The position numbers were made by a program, and so were the translations under genes. From Felis catus (lineage: Eukaryota): 64,000 nt of DNA. The DNA is taken from the NCBI RefSeq assembly GCF_018350175.1, contig NC_058368.1:222644001-222708000 (forward strand). The letters run 5' to 3'. Shown piece after piece: positions 52,101 through 63,500 of the stretch. Each line of letters opens with the position of its first letter. Within the stretch, counting starts at the first letter, position 1. The notes below the pieces were generated by a model. The model had not been told where the DNA came from. It saw only the letters and a list, made by a program, of their open reading frames with translations, and searched no databases.

Positions 52101-52559
52101 ACTGTGAAAATCCAATATTTGAGCAAATATTGCCTTTATTCAAAACTGTGATGGGTTTTTATTTTTTCTCACTGCTATTTCAGGTTTTTGACATAATTCT
52201 GTATCGACACGCTCACCACCTATTTTTATGAAAACAGTGGAATGTCACTCAAAGTAGGAGCTATTTTTGCCCAAGCATCATTTTTTTATATCAAAATTCA
52301 AGCTTTTCCCCAGGCCTTTAGATTTTATGCTCAATTAAAAAAAATTCGGGCTAATATAAATCACATTCTCCAACTAACCGATTCTTATTACATTATAGAA
52401 AATGTAGCATGGAACTTGCTGTAGGAAAACTTGCTTTAATCAGCATATATTGAAGGGCTTCCATTTTTGTTCCTAAAGATTAACGGCTACAAAAATTGTC
52501 CTCAGGCAGTAAATAAAATACCAAAAATGGTGACAAGATATATGAAATGATAGTTTTAA

Positions 52560-52771
52560 CATTTTTTTTTCAACGTTTATTTATTTTTGGGACAGAGAGA
52601 GACAGAGCATGAACGGGGGAGGGGCAGAGAGAGGGAGACACAGAATCGGAAACAGGCTCCAGGCTCCAAGCCATCAGCCCAGAGCCTGACGCGGGGCTCG
52701 AACTCACAGACCGCGAGATCGTGACCTGGTTGAAGTCGGACGCTTAACCGACTGCGCCACCCAGGCGCCCC
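52560..52771 (-). mobile_element. CanSINE, young SINEC_Fc type
   Basis: 17-bp TSD TGAAATGATAGTTTTAA at 52543-52559 and 52772-52788. Confidence 0.95.
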
Positions 52772-53164
52772 TGAAATGATAGTTTTAAACATTATACAAT
52801 AAAGAGCACAGAACTGAGGAAAGGGAAACAAATGAGGTGAGGTATTTCCTAGGGTGCAGTGTAGGAAGCAGAGAGCAAAATATGGCTCCTTCTTCAGGCT
52901 GAGTTCAGGGACACAAAGATTAGAATTTGGAGAGGTAAACAAGGCTAACATTTATGGGACAGACTTCTGGAGAAAGCCATTGCACAGAGACCTCTGGAAA
53001 TACTTTCTCTTGAAGGAGAGGAAATGCCTGAAGGGTGAGGAAACCATTAGAAATGAATAGGCAAACCATTTCCCAGAGCTGGGAAAAGTTTATGATACCA
53101 GCAGTTAGAAGAAGAAATTTCACGTACACGGAACAAGGCAGAAACTCTCCTCATAAGAGCACAC

Positions 53165-53835
53165 TAAAGCCCTCCTCCCCCCACAAATCTAATCACACAT
53201 CTTAATCCCTGGTGTTGAGTGTGTTACAGGGCAATAGGCCTTTACAGGCAGGATTAAAATTACAGACTTTAAAATAGGGAGACCAGACTGGATTATACAA
53301 ATGGACTAAATGTAATCACATGAGTTTTTAAAAGTGGAAGAAGAAGGCAGATTGGTCAGTAGAGATGGGGCAGCAGAAGAAAAAGCTGGAGAGATTTTAA
53401 GCATGGGAGTCTTTGACCTGCCATTGCTGGCTTTGAAGATGAAGCAAACGGACAAAAGCATGAGTCAAGGAATAAAACTGGCTTCTTAAAAGCTAGAAAA
53501 CTTGGGGCGCCTGGGTGGTGCAGTCGGTTAAGCGTCCGACTTCAGCCAGGTCACGATCTCGCGGTCCGTGAGTTCGAGCCCCGCGTCAGGCTCTGGGCTG
53601 ATGGCTCAGAGCCTGGAGCCTGTTTCCGATTCTGTGTCTCCCTCTCTCTCTGCCCCTCCCCTGTTCATACTCTGTCTCTCTCTGTCCCAAAAATAAATAA
53701 ACGTTGAAAAAAAAATTAAAAAAAAAAAGCTAGAAAACTCCTCATCTTACAGTCAATACATGAACCAGAAATTCAGTCCTACATCCTTAAGGAATTGAAT
53801 TATGCCAGCAAGATGAATGAATTAGAAAATGGTTT
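53165..53835 (+). mobile_element. MaLR LTR, MLT1D-like, interrupted by a SINE
   Basis: TAATCCCTGG, CTGGATTAT, TGTAATCACA, GCCATTGCTGGCTTTGAAGATG, CAGTCCTACA..AAGGAATTGAATT motifs. Confidence 0.75.
53504..53724 (+). mobile_element. CanSINE, young SINEC_Fc type
   Basis: TSD AAAAGCTAGAAAACT at 53488-53502 and 53725-53739. Confidence 0.95.
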
Positions 53836-55712
53836 CTGGTATATTTGTTGAGATTTGGTAATACATCTGAGTGGTTGCTATTGAAGATGATTTCCTTAGT
53901 CCATGTATTTTTGGAGAGTATATTTTTAAAAACTTTTCACACTTAGTGAAAAAGACAGAGTGAGAAAATGAAATTTTATCAGGAAGTTCTGACCATTCAA
54001 AGGCAGGCTGTGGTTATAGCAAAGTACAAGGTTAACAACAACATGCTCAAAAAGTGTCTGTATTTACAGTAAATAAATACAAGGAGCTCAGCATATTGAT
54101 GATGAGCTAAATTTGCTATTTGGGTTTTATTAATATATTTTTAGAAGAAAAAGGAAAAGAAGCATAACGTAATAATGAAAGGCCTGTAAGATAAGACATA
54201 GGGTAAAAATATCTGAGCTACTTAGTTATATAAAGAAAGACCAATGACTAATTTAAATAAATATCTTAAAGGTTAGACTACTTTTCTTTATTCCTTCTTC
54301 CATTTCTGCTTTCTCTTCCTCTTTCCCTTTCTTCTTTTTTTTTTCCTACTAAAGGGAATGTGAGAATTCATTCTAATGCTCTATAGTAGATGAAGACGTT
54401 ACTGAGAGTAATGGTGCTGAAGGTGACCAGATGGAGAACAAAGAGAATAAAATTTTAAGAGCAGATCTGTTTAAATCCACGTAATCATGACTTGTTGAAC
54501 AATTTAGTTTTCAGTTATGGAAAAAAAAAACTTTGGATTTTTAAAAGGAAATAGACAAAAACATCACCTTTACTCACAAATGGTTTAAGTATTGCCTTCA
54601 CGTATATTGATAAAGACCTATCTATAGTCTACATTAGTGTATAGATAAATATATACACTCTATTTATCTCAAAAATGTGTATGATTTCATTATTATTTAA
54701 TTATTCTCCTTCTGTGATATTAAGATACTAAATTTAGTACCTTTACCTATCAGGCTATATTTAACCAAATAATATTTTTTAAACTAAAGAAACCCTCTTA
54801 TATTGCAATTTTATACATATACTATAGAGAACCATATCATGCATCAGCTAATATCAACTCAAAAATAATTCAGACTGTGAAGTTTTGAAATTATTTTTCT
54901 TTGCATTTTTTATTTACAAAGTTAGGTGCTATAATTTTGGCAACCAATGGGGAATGAATTAATTGATGTGATGTCTTAACCTCTAATGTATTTCACACAT
55001 TGAAGATGCTTTTATTAATGAAAATGTTGAAATATTAATAAGGAGTTAACATTAAATGTGTGTGTGTCACATGGATAAAACCATTACAGATGTTAAACTA
55101 TATTAAGGATCTCTAAACTTTTTTTTTATTAGATATGGATATCTGTGACATTTTAAGGCAAAATATGGGCACTTCAAGTCTCTAAAGATATTGGTAACAT
55201 CGGCAAAACAAAAGTTTGATTAAGCACTATTTATTACATCAATTCTTACAAGAATAGTGCTTTGAAAAATTTTACAGAATAAAAAATAAAAATCAGATGA
55301 GGTCATTATACAAAACAAAATGGCATTCCTATTTACATGAAGAAAATAAGATATTTGTATCAAATTTTGCAAAGTTAAAAGATAGTAAGTAAAATACCCT
55401 AGTAAAAGTGATGCATTTAACTGGTAAATATCACAAAAAATAAAATAACAATTATGATGCATTTATAACCAGAAATAGGAGGCGATACACTTATTTAGAC
55501 TTCGTTTCAGCGTAGCAAATATTTTGTTCCCTTTAGTCACTTGATTTATAAATCTAAAATCACAAAGTTGTATGCTGTGTATTTATTTAAATAAAATACA
55601 ATGCTAAGCTTACTTGACTACTTAAATGGGGGAAAACAAGCTTCCTGCTTGCTGTGGGTAAACAGCAGAGTTTTCAGACTGTAGTATGAGAGGTGTTTTC
55701 CCCTCTTGAAGG

Positions 55713-56148
55713 GTGTTATTGGTTTGCTAGAACTGTTATAGTCCGCCCACTGGGTGGCTTAAACAGCAGAATTGTATTGGCTCATATTTCTGGAGTGTAG
55801 ACATCCAAGGTTAAGGACTGACAGGGCTGGTTTCTTCTGAGGGCTATGAGAGAATTTGCTCCTGGCGCTCTCTTAGTTTTCAGTTGTTTGCTGGCAATCT
55901 CGAGAGTTCTTGGCTTGTAGAAGCATCATAGTCATTTTCTTCCCATGGATTTCTTCCTGTGTGCCTGTTTCCAGACTTTCCCCTTATACGAGGATATTAG
56001 TTATACTGGATTATGGCCCAACCTAATGACCTCATTTGAACTTGATTTACCTCTATAAGCACCATATCTCTAAATGAGTTTACATTTGAAATGCTGGGGT
56101 TAGCACTTCAACATATGAGTTTGGAAAGACCCAATTTAATTCACAAGA
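55713..56148 (-). mobile_element. MaLR solo LTR, MLT1B/C-like
   Basis: ACTGGGTGGCTTAAACAGCAGAA, CAGGGCTGGTTTCTTCTGAGG, CCTAATGACCTCATTTGAACTTGATT, ACTTCAACATATGA. Confidence 0.85.
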
Positions 56149-56849
56149 GGGAGTTCCAAGGCTCTGATAGAAAACATTATTTACAAAACAGCATTACAGT
56201 ACTACAAACCTGTATGCCTGTACACAATATAGAACAAATTGAATAATATGAATGAGATGATTTATTGATAACTAAGCAGAGAAATATTGTAACATCTATT
56301 AGAAAACTTTCTAGAAATCTTGAGCTTCTTAATTGTTGAAGGATGTAATGGTAATGAATTGTCAAAAAATGTACTGGTAAAAAAAAGACTTAGAAATATT
56401 GTGGACGTACTGAAGCATTCTGAGAAAAGAAACACCAAGAAGCAAGATAAAAAAAATGCAAATCACCTTGGGCTTCTGACCACACTTGTCTTTGAAAATA
56501 ATGTTGCAGGTTATAGAATTTAGAGGCAGATTGGCCAATGGAGGTCATGAGCTTGGGAATTTTGATTTAAATACTGTAATGTAAGAAGCCTCTTGAGTTG
56601 GAGAGCAATAGGATAAAAATATTTGTGGAAAATTATTGTAGCCTTAGGTACAGAAAAAAAGAGAAATTCAGAAATGTTAGACAAATGTAGCAATGAAAAC
56701 ATGTTGGTGACTGCTTTAGTAAGCCTAAGAAAGCAAATAATGGCTATAGATACAATGTCAATAATGTACAATAAGCAAGACTTAAAATCTAAAGCCTGCA
56801 GAGGAAATGGAGGTGGGATGGTTATTTGTATGTGTATGTAAATACGCAT

Positions 56850-56882
<33 letters not shown>

Positions 56883-56940
56883 CACAAGTATTAAAGACAG
56901 TACAGAAATCATGCTACTTTAGGCAGAATATTGACTCTCT

Positions 56941-57388
56941 TTTTTTTCTTTTCATTTTTTTACTTTAATGTTTATTCATTTTGAGAGAGATAGAGACAGA
57001 GACAGAGACAGTGCACCTGCTAAAGCAGAAGCAGAGGTAGGACAGAGAGAGAGGCAGAGAGAGCATCCCAGACAGGTTCTACGCTATCAGTGCAGAGCCC
57101 TAGGCAGGGAAGACTCATGGACCGACCCATGAGATTGTGACCTGAGCCAAAATCAAGAGCTAGGTGATTGGTGCTCCTGGGTGACTCAGTCATTTAAGCA
57201 TTCAATTTTGGCTGAGGTCATGGTTTTGCAATTTGTGAGTTCAAGCCCCCCATCGGGCTCTGTGCTGACAGCTCAGAGCCTGGAGACTGCTTTGGATTCT
57301 ATGTCTCCCTTGCTTTCTGCCTCTTCCCTGCTGGCACTCTGTCTCTGTCTCTCAAAAATAAGTAAACTGACTGAGCCACCCAGGCACC
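56941..57388 (-). mobile_element. CanSINE (outer), split by a nested SINE
   Basis: Body 56941-57169 resumes as AACTGACTGAGCCACCCAGGCACC at ~57365-57388; CTCTCT-T-run-CT flanks on both sides. Confidence 0.88.
57170..57367 (+). mobile_element. CanSINE (inner, opposite orientation, tailless)
   Basis: GGTGCTCCTGGGTGACTCAG head to CAAAAATAAGTAAAC. Confidence 0.9.
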
Positions 57389-57731
57389 ACTCTCTCTTTT
57401 TTTCTAAGTTAATTATTGGTGAGGGAGTAAGAAGTAGTACTCAGATCTTTGTCTTTTAATTTTTCCATTAAACTTCCAATATCAAATTTTACACATAAAA
57501 ACACAAGCATGTATTTGAGTAGGAGAGTTGTGTAAATTAGACCCTGAAAGAAATACCTGAGTTATAACATTCTTAACAGACAAATAATTGCCTTTTGCCA
57601 TTCTAACAAGAGCTCCTTCCCCTTACTCTAAGGAGAAAGATAAGTTCTGGGTTTGAAAACTTCTGAGTCATAAAATATTGCCTATATGTGAGTGAATGAA
57701 TGAATAACTTAACATCTTACCTCAGTATGTA

Positions 57732-57735
<4 letters not shown>

Positions 57736-57772
<37 letters not shown>
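57736..57772. repeat. (GT)n microsatellite
   Basis: Direct inspection. Confidence 0.95.
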
Positions 57773-57776
<4 letters not shown>

Positions 57777-58729
57777 TGGAGTATATATAATAATTGAGGT
57801 ATAGATTTATTTCATATCTTACCTTAGAAGATAAATACAATTATTTTACCTTTGGTTGATCTAGTTTTCTTCAAAAAATCCACTTCTTGTTTAGTTGGAA
57901 AAATAATTTCATCAAAAGGACCCATCCAATTTAAGTTTGTAAGATAAGCTAATTTAAAATGTCCTCTATGGTTATAATAGAGACAAGAAAGACAAGAAAC
58001 TCTATCTCCCAGGTTGTAGCCTGCCCACTTTCATCCAGCTCCTTCCCTCTTTCCATCATTTCTTCTGTAAATTGCAGGAGGGTAGAGAGAGGCATACTTA
58101 TATGTAGTAGCTGGGAACAGTGGGGGTCCTAGAGCATGATGTCATCTGCCCCCTCTAGTCATCAGATTGTCCCTTTTCTGCCTACAGTTCTTTGTGGCCA
58201 AATATGTGATCAGTATAAGTCCCCCGTGGACAGATCTACAGGAATTCTAACCTGAATTAAACTCCCTTCAGCAGTTGCTGACATTGTAAACCCCTAAAGA
58301 TTTGGCTCTATTGACCATTAGACCCGTAACATCATGATTCACTTAGCATTCCCTAAAAATACATCTCACTCCTATAGTGAAAGTTCCCTAGACATAAATA
58401 ATTTTGGGTCTTTCTGAGATTTCTCCCAGAATAAAGAGTGTTTTATGACATTACATCTCAGAGTTAAAACCAGAAAGTTTCAGTCTGACCATCTATGTCA
58501 TTAGTTTTCTTGCTTCTCACTTTGCTGCCTTTCAAATTCCAAATGGAGAGAAAATAGGTTCATGAGACACTACCAACCTTCAGGATCACTTCAATCAGCT
58601 AATGAACCTGGCCTTCTTCTCCCTAGGCAAGAGCCTAGAGAAGAAAAATATACTCTTAGTTCTTCTGGCAATTTTATTGTCTTCTTTTCCTCTTTTTCTC
58701 TTCTTCCCATGATTCTCTGGGCCTCATTT

Positions 58730-59045
58730 ATTTATTTATTTATTTTTAATATGAAATTTATTGTCAAATTGGTTTCTATACAACACCCAGTGCTCATCCC
58801 AACAGGTGTGCTCCTCAAAGCCCACCGCCCACTTTCCCCTCCCTCCCACCCCCCATCAACCCTCAGTTTTTTCTCAGTTTTGAAGAGTCTCTTATGGTTT
58901 GGCTCCCTCCCACTCTAACTTTTTTTTTTCTCCTTCCCCTCCCCCATGGTCTCCTGTTAAGTTTCTCAGGATCCACATAAGAGTGAACACATATGGTATC
59001 TGTCTTTCTCTGTAGGGCTTATTTCACTTAGCATCACACTCTCCA
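58730..59045 (-). mobile_element. 5'-truncated feline L1 3' end
   Basis: Antisense of the same 3' UTR as 25265-25491; TSD GGCCTC(A/C)TTT at 58720-58729 and 59046-59055. Confidence 0.92.
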
Positions 59046-60591
59046 GGCCTCCTTTCAACTTGAAATGGCAGGCCATTGCTGATTCACACAGAGCTCCAGG
59101 TCTCACATGAAGAGACATACAGACCTCCAACCTCCAAGCCTTTTTGTTGAAGGCTGACAAAGGAACCGGGAAAATCCTGTCTTCCAACAGTACTGGTTTC
59201 TCCCGTCTTGCTGTCATATCCCACTTTTCATGTGTTAAAGCTGAGTTTTCCTAGCCATTTACTCTCTGGAGCTCTTCCCTAACACTCCGGTCACCACTAA
59301 ACTCAGCCACCTGAGGTGCAGACGGATAGTTTCGTGCTGTGGAAGAAGGAAAGCAAATTCATCGAAAAATTTTGTAGCATCGACATAAAATACTGTGCAT
59401 ACAAAGTTAAAACTTACCGAAATACTCAGTATCCAAAAATAACGTTGTTCAGAATTCTAGACCACTATGTAAATTAGTGAAACTCCTATTTCTCAAGGTG
59501 GTCTAACCAGTCACAAAGCACACACATGTCAATTAGAGAGTTTAAATTATGTGTGGTTGATCATACATTTAAGTCAAGGAGTCTGAAATAACCACTAGGC
59601 AATTATTTTCTTCTTCCCCGACTCCAAGAAAAACAGAATTTTAGCCAGTCCTTTTTTTTTTTTTTAATTTCATGAGAACTGAAGTTCTCAAAAGTACAAA
59701 GGAGCCAATTGAGATTTTAGAGTAATCGACATATTCCGAAAGCCACAAAAACAAAATATAGGGACATGATTTGGCTAGATACAGGTATGGCTATGGATAT
59801 TCAGTTTTTGTTCCAGTAATATTTCTCTGTAATATTAGTTTAGGAATTTTGGGCTTACAAATAAGCTTCTACTCTTCACCTGCTGGTATTAGTTTTGCAT
59901 GGGCTCAGAGCCTTGACTCAATTGCTTGATTACCAGTTTATCTTTGAAGGTCTAACGGTCTGAAAAATTATTTAATATTCAGGTAGTGTGGAATGATGAC
60001 AATGTATAGGAAGATGACAAAAAGAGGAATGACTGACAAATTAGGCAACCCTGTGCTTGGTAACTTAACAACTATCTTATCGAATGTGGCATTTAACTCA
60101 CTGAACTTTTTCTTCATTTCTCATCTATGAAATGGGTATTGTTAAGATTCCTAGCTCACGTCTCCTTCAGAATAGCCATTAGAAAATGAGAGCAATATGG
60201 TTATTAATGAAGCCATTCTACTCTTTCAAGAACAGATACATAAAAAGGATGTGTTGATGTTTGAAGACAGGCATTCAGGCGGCTAGCTATGAAAATTAAT
60301 AGCCACTCATAAGTAATTTTAAATTATTGTTTCAAATATGTTTCTTATTAATTTAGGGGAAATCTCTTTGAGAATGCTATTTAATTTGAAAAATATAGAA
60401 AACTACTTTTCGGTAATGAAGGGACTATTAGTCAACATTTCAAAGTGCACTATAAGATATGCTGATAGATCCCAAGTTCTTGAAAGCTGACCACTCTCTC
60501 CCTCTCCCTGTCTTGCTCATCTCCTCCCCAAATCTGTCCACCCAAATTAACAGCCATTTCGCGAAACAAGCGCTCTTTAAAATGCTATTTG

Positions 60592-60817
60592 GGGGCGCCT
60601 GGGTGGCGCAGTCGGTTAAGCGTCCGACTTCAGCCAGGTCACGATCTCGTGGTCCGTGAATTCCAGCCCCGCGTCAGGCTCTGGGCTGATGGCTCAGAGC
60701 CTGGAGCCTGTTTCCAATTCTGTGTCTCCCTCTCTCTCTGCCCCTCCCCCGTTCATGCTCTTGTCTCTCTCTGTCCCAAAAAAAAAAAAAAATAAACGGT
60801 GAAAAAAAAATTAAAAA
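60592..60817 (+). mobile_element. CanSINE, young SINEC_Fc type
   Basis: TSD AAAATGCTATTTG at 60579-60591 and 60818-60830. Confidence 0.95.
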
Positions 60818-60832
60818 AAAATGCTATTTGTT

Positions 60833-61224
60833 GTTTATATACACAATGGAATAGTACATGGTGATGAGAAACAATGAAATATGGCCTTTTGTAGCAACAT
60901 GGATGGAACTGGAGGGTATTATGCTAAGTGAAATAAGTCATACAGAGAAAGACAGATACCATATGTTTTCACTCTTATGTGGGTCCTGAGAAACTTAACA
61001 GAAGACCATGGGGGAGGGGAAGAAAAAAAAAAGGTTAAAGAGGGAGGGAGCCAAAATATAAGAGACTCTTAAAAACTGAGAACAAACTGAGGGCTGATGG
61101 GGGGTGGGAGGGAGGGGAAAGTGGGTGATGGGCATTGAGGAGGGCACCTGTTGGGATGCGCACTGGGTGTTGTATGGAAACCAATTTGAGAGTAAATTTC
61201 ATGTTAAAAAAATAAAAATAAAAT
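60833..61224 (+). mobile_element. 5'-truncated feline L1 (ORF2 end, 3' UTR, tail)
   Basis: TATATACACAATGGAATA..ACATGGATGGAACTGGAGGGTATTATGCTAAGTGAAATAAGTCA, feline-type 3' UTR, A-rich tail. Confidence 0.92.
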
Positions 61225-62560
61225 AAAATGCCATATGTTTTACTTCTCTCCTGCAGCTTCATATTTTGCTTTCAATTTAAAAACTAGGTCAGTGAAATGG
61301 CTCGTTTTGATCTGTTTTAGAAGAAAAACAATAGTTCTCACTTCACTACTTACCCTAGATAAATAAAAGAAAAAAGAAATAAAAGGTAACCTTTGATGTC
61401 ATCTCTATCAGTTTTATGAACCGAATCCATGGTGGTGAAGGAAGTTGTTATACTTGCACTTATTTTTATTTTTACCTTTAAAAAATACAGACATCGGTGT
61501 TTAATTTATCTGGATTACGCTTCATGCCCTCCCGGCCTCTGTAGTTCCCATGGTCACACTTTCTGAATGGTACTTCAGGATTTTAAAAGGAGAGGAGTCC
61601 ACACAGGGGGCTTGGTAGAAGCCTCTCTGTCATTCATTCTCCTTCAACATAGTGAGTATAGTAGAATTTACATATTTTATGGTATGTGGATTTATGATGC
61701 TCTCTCCAGATTGATTTAGCTTACGTAAATGTTATAAAATTACTAGCAACTTCAAGATTCTTACAAAGGAACCTTAGAGTAAAGAAATAATGATGCTAGT
61801 AAAACAAATAAAGGAAATTCTCCTTCTAAGCTTTTAATCAGCTGCACTATATGTTTTTAAAAATCTGTTAAGAACTCAGCACCTTTAAATACATAAATAT
61901 ATACACACCTATATATTACATATATACATATTGTAGTACATATATATGTGTATATATGTGTATATACATATATATATGTAAATTGAAATGGGGATTTGTA
62001 TCCGTTATTGACAACCTCACCAAAATGTGTACTGTTTTTTGAAATATTAGTTAAGAGTATATGTATTTTATTGATGAAGTAGCTATAAGTACATTAGAGA
62101 TAAATATGGAAAAAAATATGTTATCTAAGAGTAGAAACCACTGGTCTTTATGATTTCCAATTGAGTAAACAATCAATGATTTTAATAAAAAATAAGTTAA
62201 AATAGTACATGTATGGGGACAGCACAAGATGGCAGCACAGAGAGATTCTGAGCTCTCCACCTCCCACAGACACACCAAATCTACAACTACATATAGAACA
62301 AGTCTGTCTGAAAAACATGTGAAAACTAGCTGAACAGCTCCTTCATAACAAAGGACAAAAAGGCCACATCCAGACTGGTAAGAGAGGCAATGATGCAGTA
62401 TTACCAAGAACCCACCCTTCGCACAGCAACTCACAAGCGAAGGGGTTTCTCAAATATGCAGCGTGTCCCTGAGGAGTGAGGGGCTCAAGCCCCATGTCAG
62501 CTACCCTAAACCTTAGTCCCTGTGCTAGACAGATGAGCTTATAAAACTTCTGTCTTTGAT

Positions 62561-62788
62561 GGGGCGCCTGGGTGGCGCAGTCGGTTAAGCGTCCGACTTC
62601 AGCCAGGTCACGATCTCGCGGTCCGTGAGTTCGAGCCCCGCGTCAGGCTCTGGGCTGATGGCTCAGAACCTGGAACCTGTTTCCGATTCTATGTCTCCCT
62701 CTCTCTGCCCCTCCCCCGTTCATGCTCTGTCTCTCTCTGTCCCAAAAATAAATAAACGTTGAAAAAAAAATTAAAAAAAAAAAAAAAA
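62561..62788 (+). mobile_element. CanSINE, young SINEC_Fc type, nested in L1
   Basis: 17-bp TSD AAAACTTCTGTCTTTGA at 62543-62559 and 62789-62805. Confidence 0.95.
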
Positions 62789-63290
62789 AAAACTTCTGTC
62801 TTTGAAAACCAATGAAGATTATGTCCAGAAGACCCAAAAGACTATAGGGAAAAAAAAAAAAAAAAAAAAAAAAAACTGTAGGAAATTTAAAGAGCTCTGA
62901 CCATTATCACCCAATGTAGAAGCCAGGACGAAAGCAGAAGGTTGAAAATTATCTAGACTATATGTGAAATAGATTTACTGGCTAAACTTAAAGCATCTGC
63001 CTGAAGGACATGGGTCTGTCAGACATCTCTCTGGGGTCATAGGCACTGGTGGACATCATTTCTGTACTCTCCTTCTAGACAGCTGACTGAAATATACCCA
63101 CAGTCTTCCTGTAACTACTTCAAAACAGGGAAAGGTAACTGCTTTGCCTAATACATAGAAATAAACACTGAGATTCAAGCAAAATGAAGAAAAAGGACTA
63201 TGTTCCTAATGAAAGAACAAGATAAAACCCAGAAGAAAAAACTTCATGAAACAGGGATAAGTAATTTACTGGATAAACAATTCAAAGTAG

Positions 63291-63440
63291 GAGTTCCTGG
63301 GTCGCTCAGTTGGTTAAGTGTTCAACTTTGGCTAAGTTCATGGTCTCGTGGTTTGTGAGTTCAAGTCCCTCATTGGGCTTTCAGCACATAGCCAACTTCA
63401 GATCCTCTTTCTCCTTCTATCTATTCCCCTCCCCTGCTCG

Positions 63441-63480
<40 letters not shown>

Positions 63481-63500
63481 AATAAACATTAAAAAAAAAA
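63291..63500 (+). mobile_element. CanSINE nested in L1 ORF1
   Basis: Imperfect TSD ACAATTCAAAGTA / AGAGTTCAAAGCA. Confidence 0.9.

Noticed and set aside
43480..52260. Isolated + strand acceptor-like tracts (~43502, ~44041, ~52183) as further exons
   Set aside because: No strong matching donors or coding signal; they cannot be distinguished from background in AT-rich intronic DNA.
53504..53590. tRNA-like A/B-box sequence as a tRNA gene (same for the other SINE heads)
   Set aside because: It is the tRNA-derived head of a CanSINE, continuous with the SINE body.
1465..63500. Recurring ~200-bp units as a CRISPR-like array or novel repeat system
   Set aside because: They are dispersed in both orientations with individual TSDs and A tails, i.e. 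ordinary CanSINEs with no repeat-spacer periodicity.
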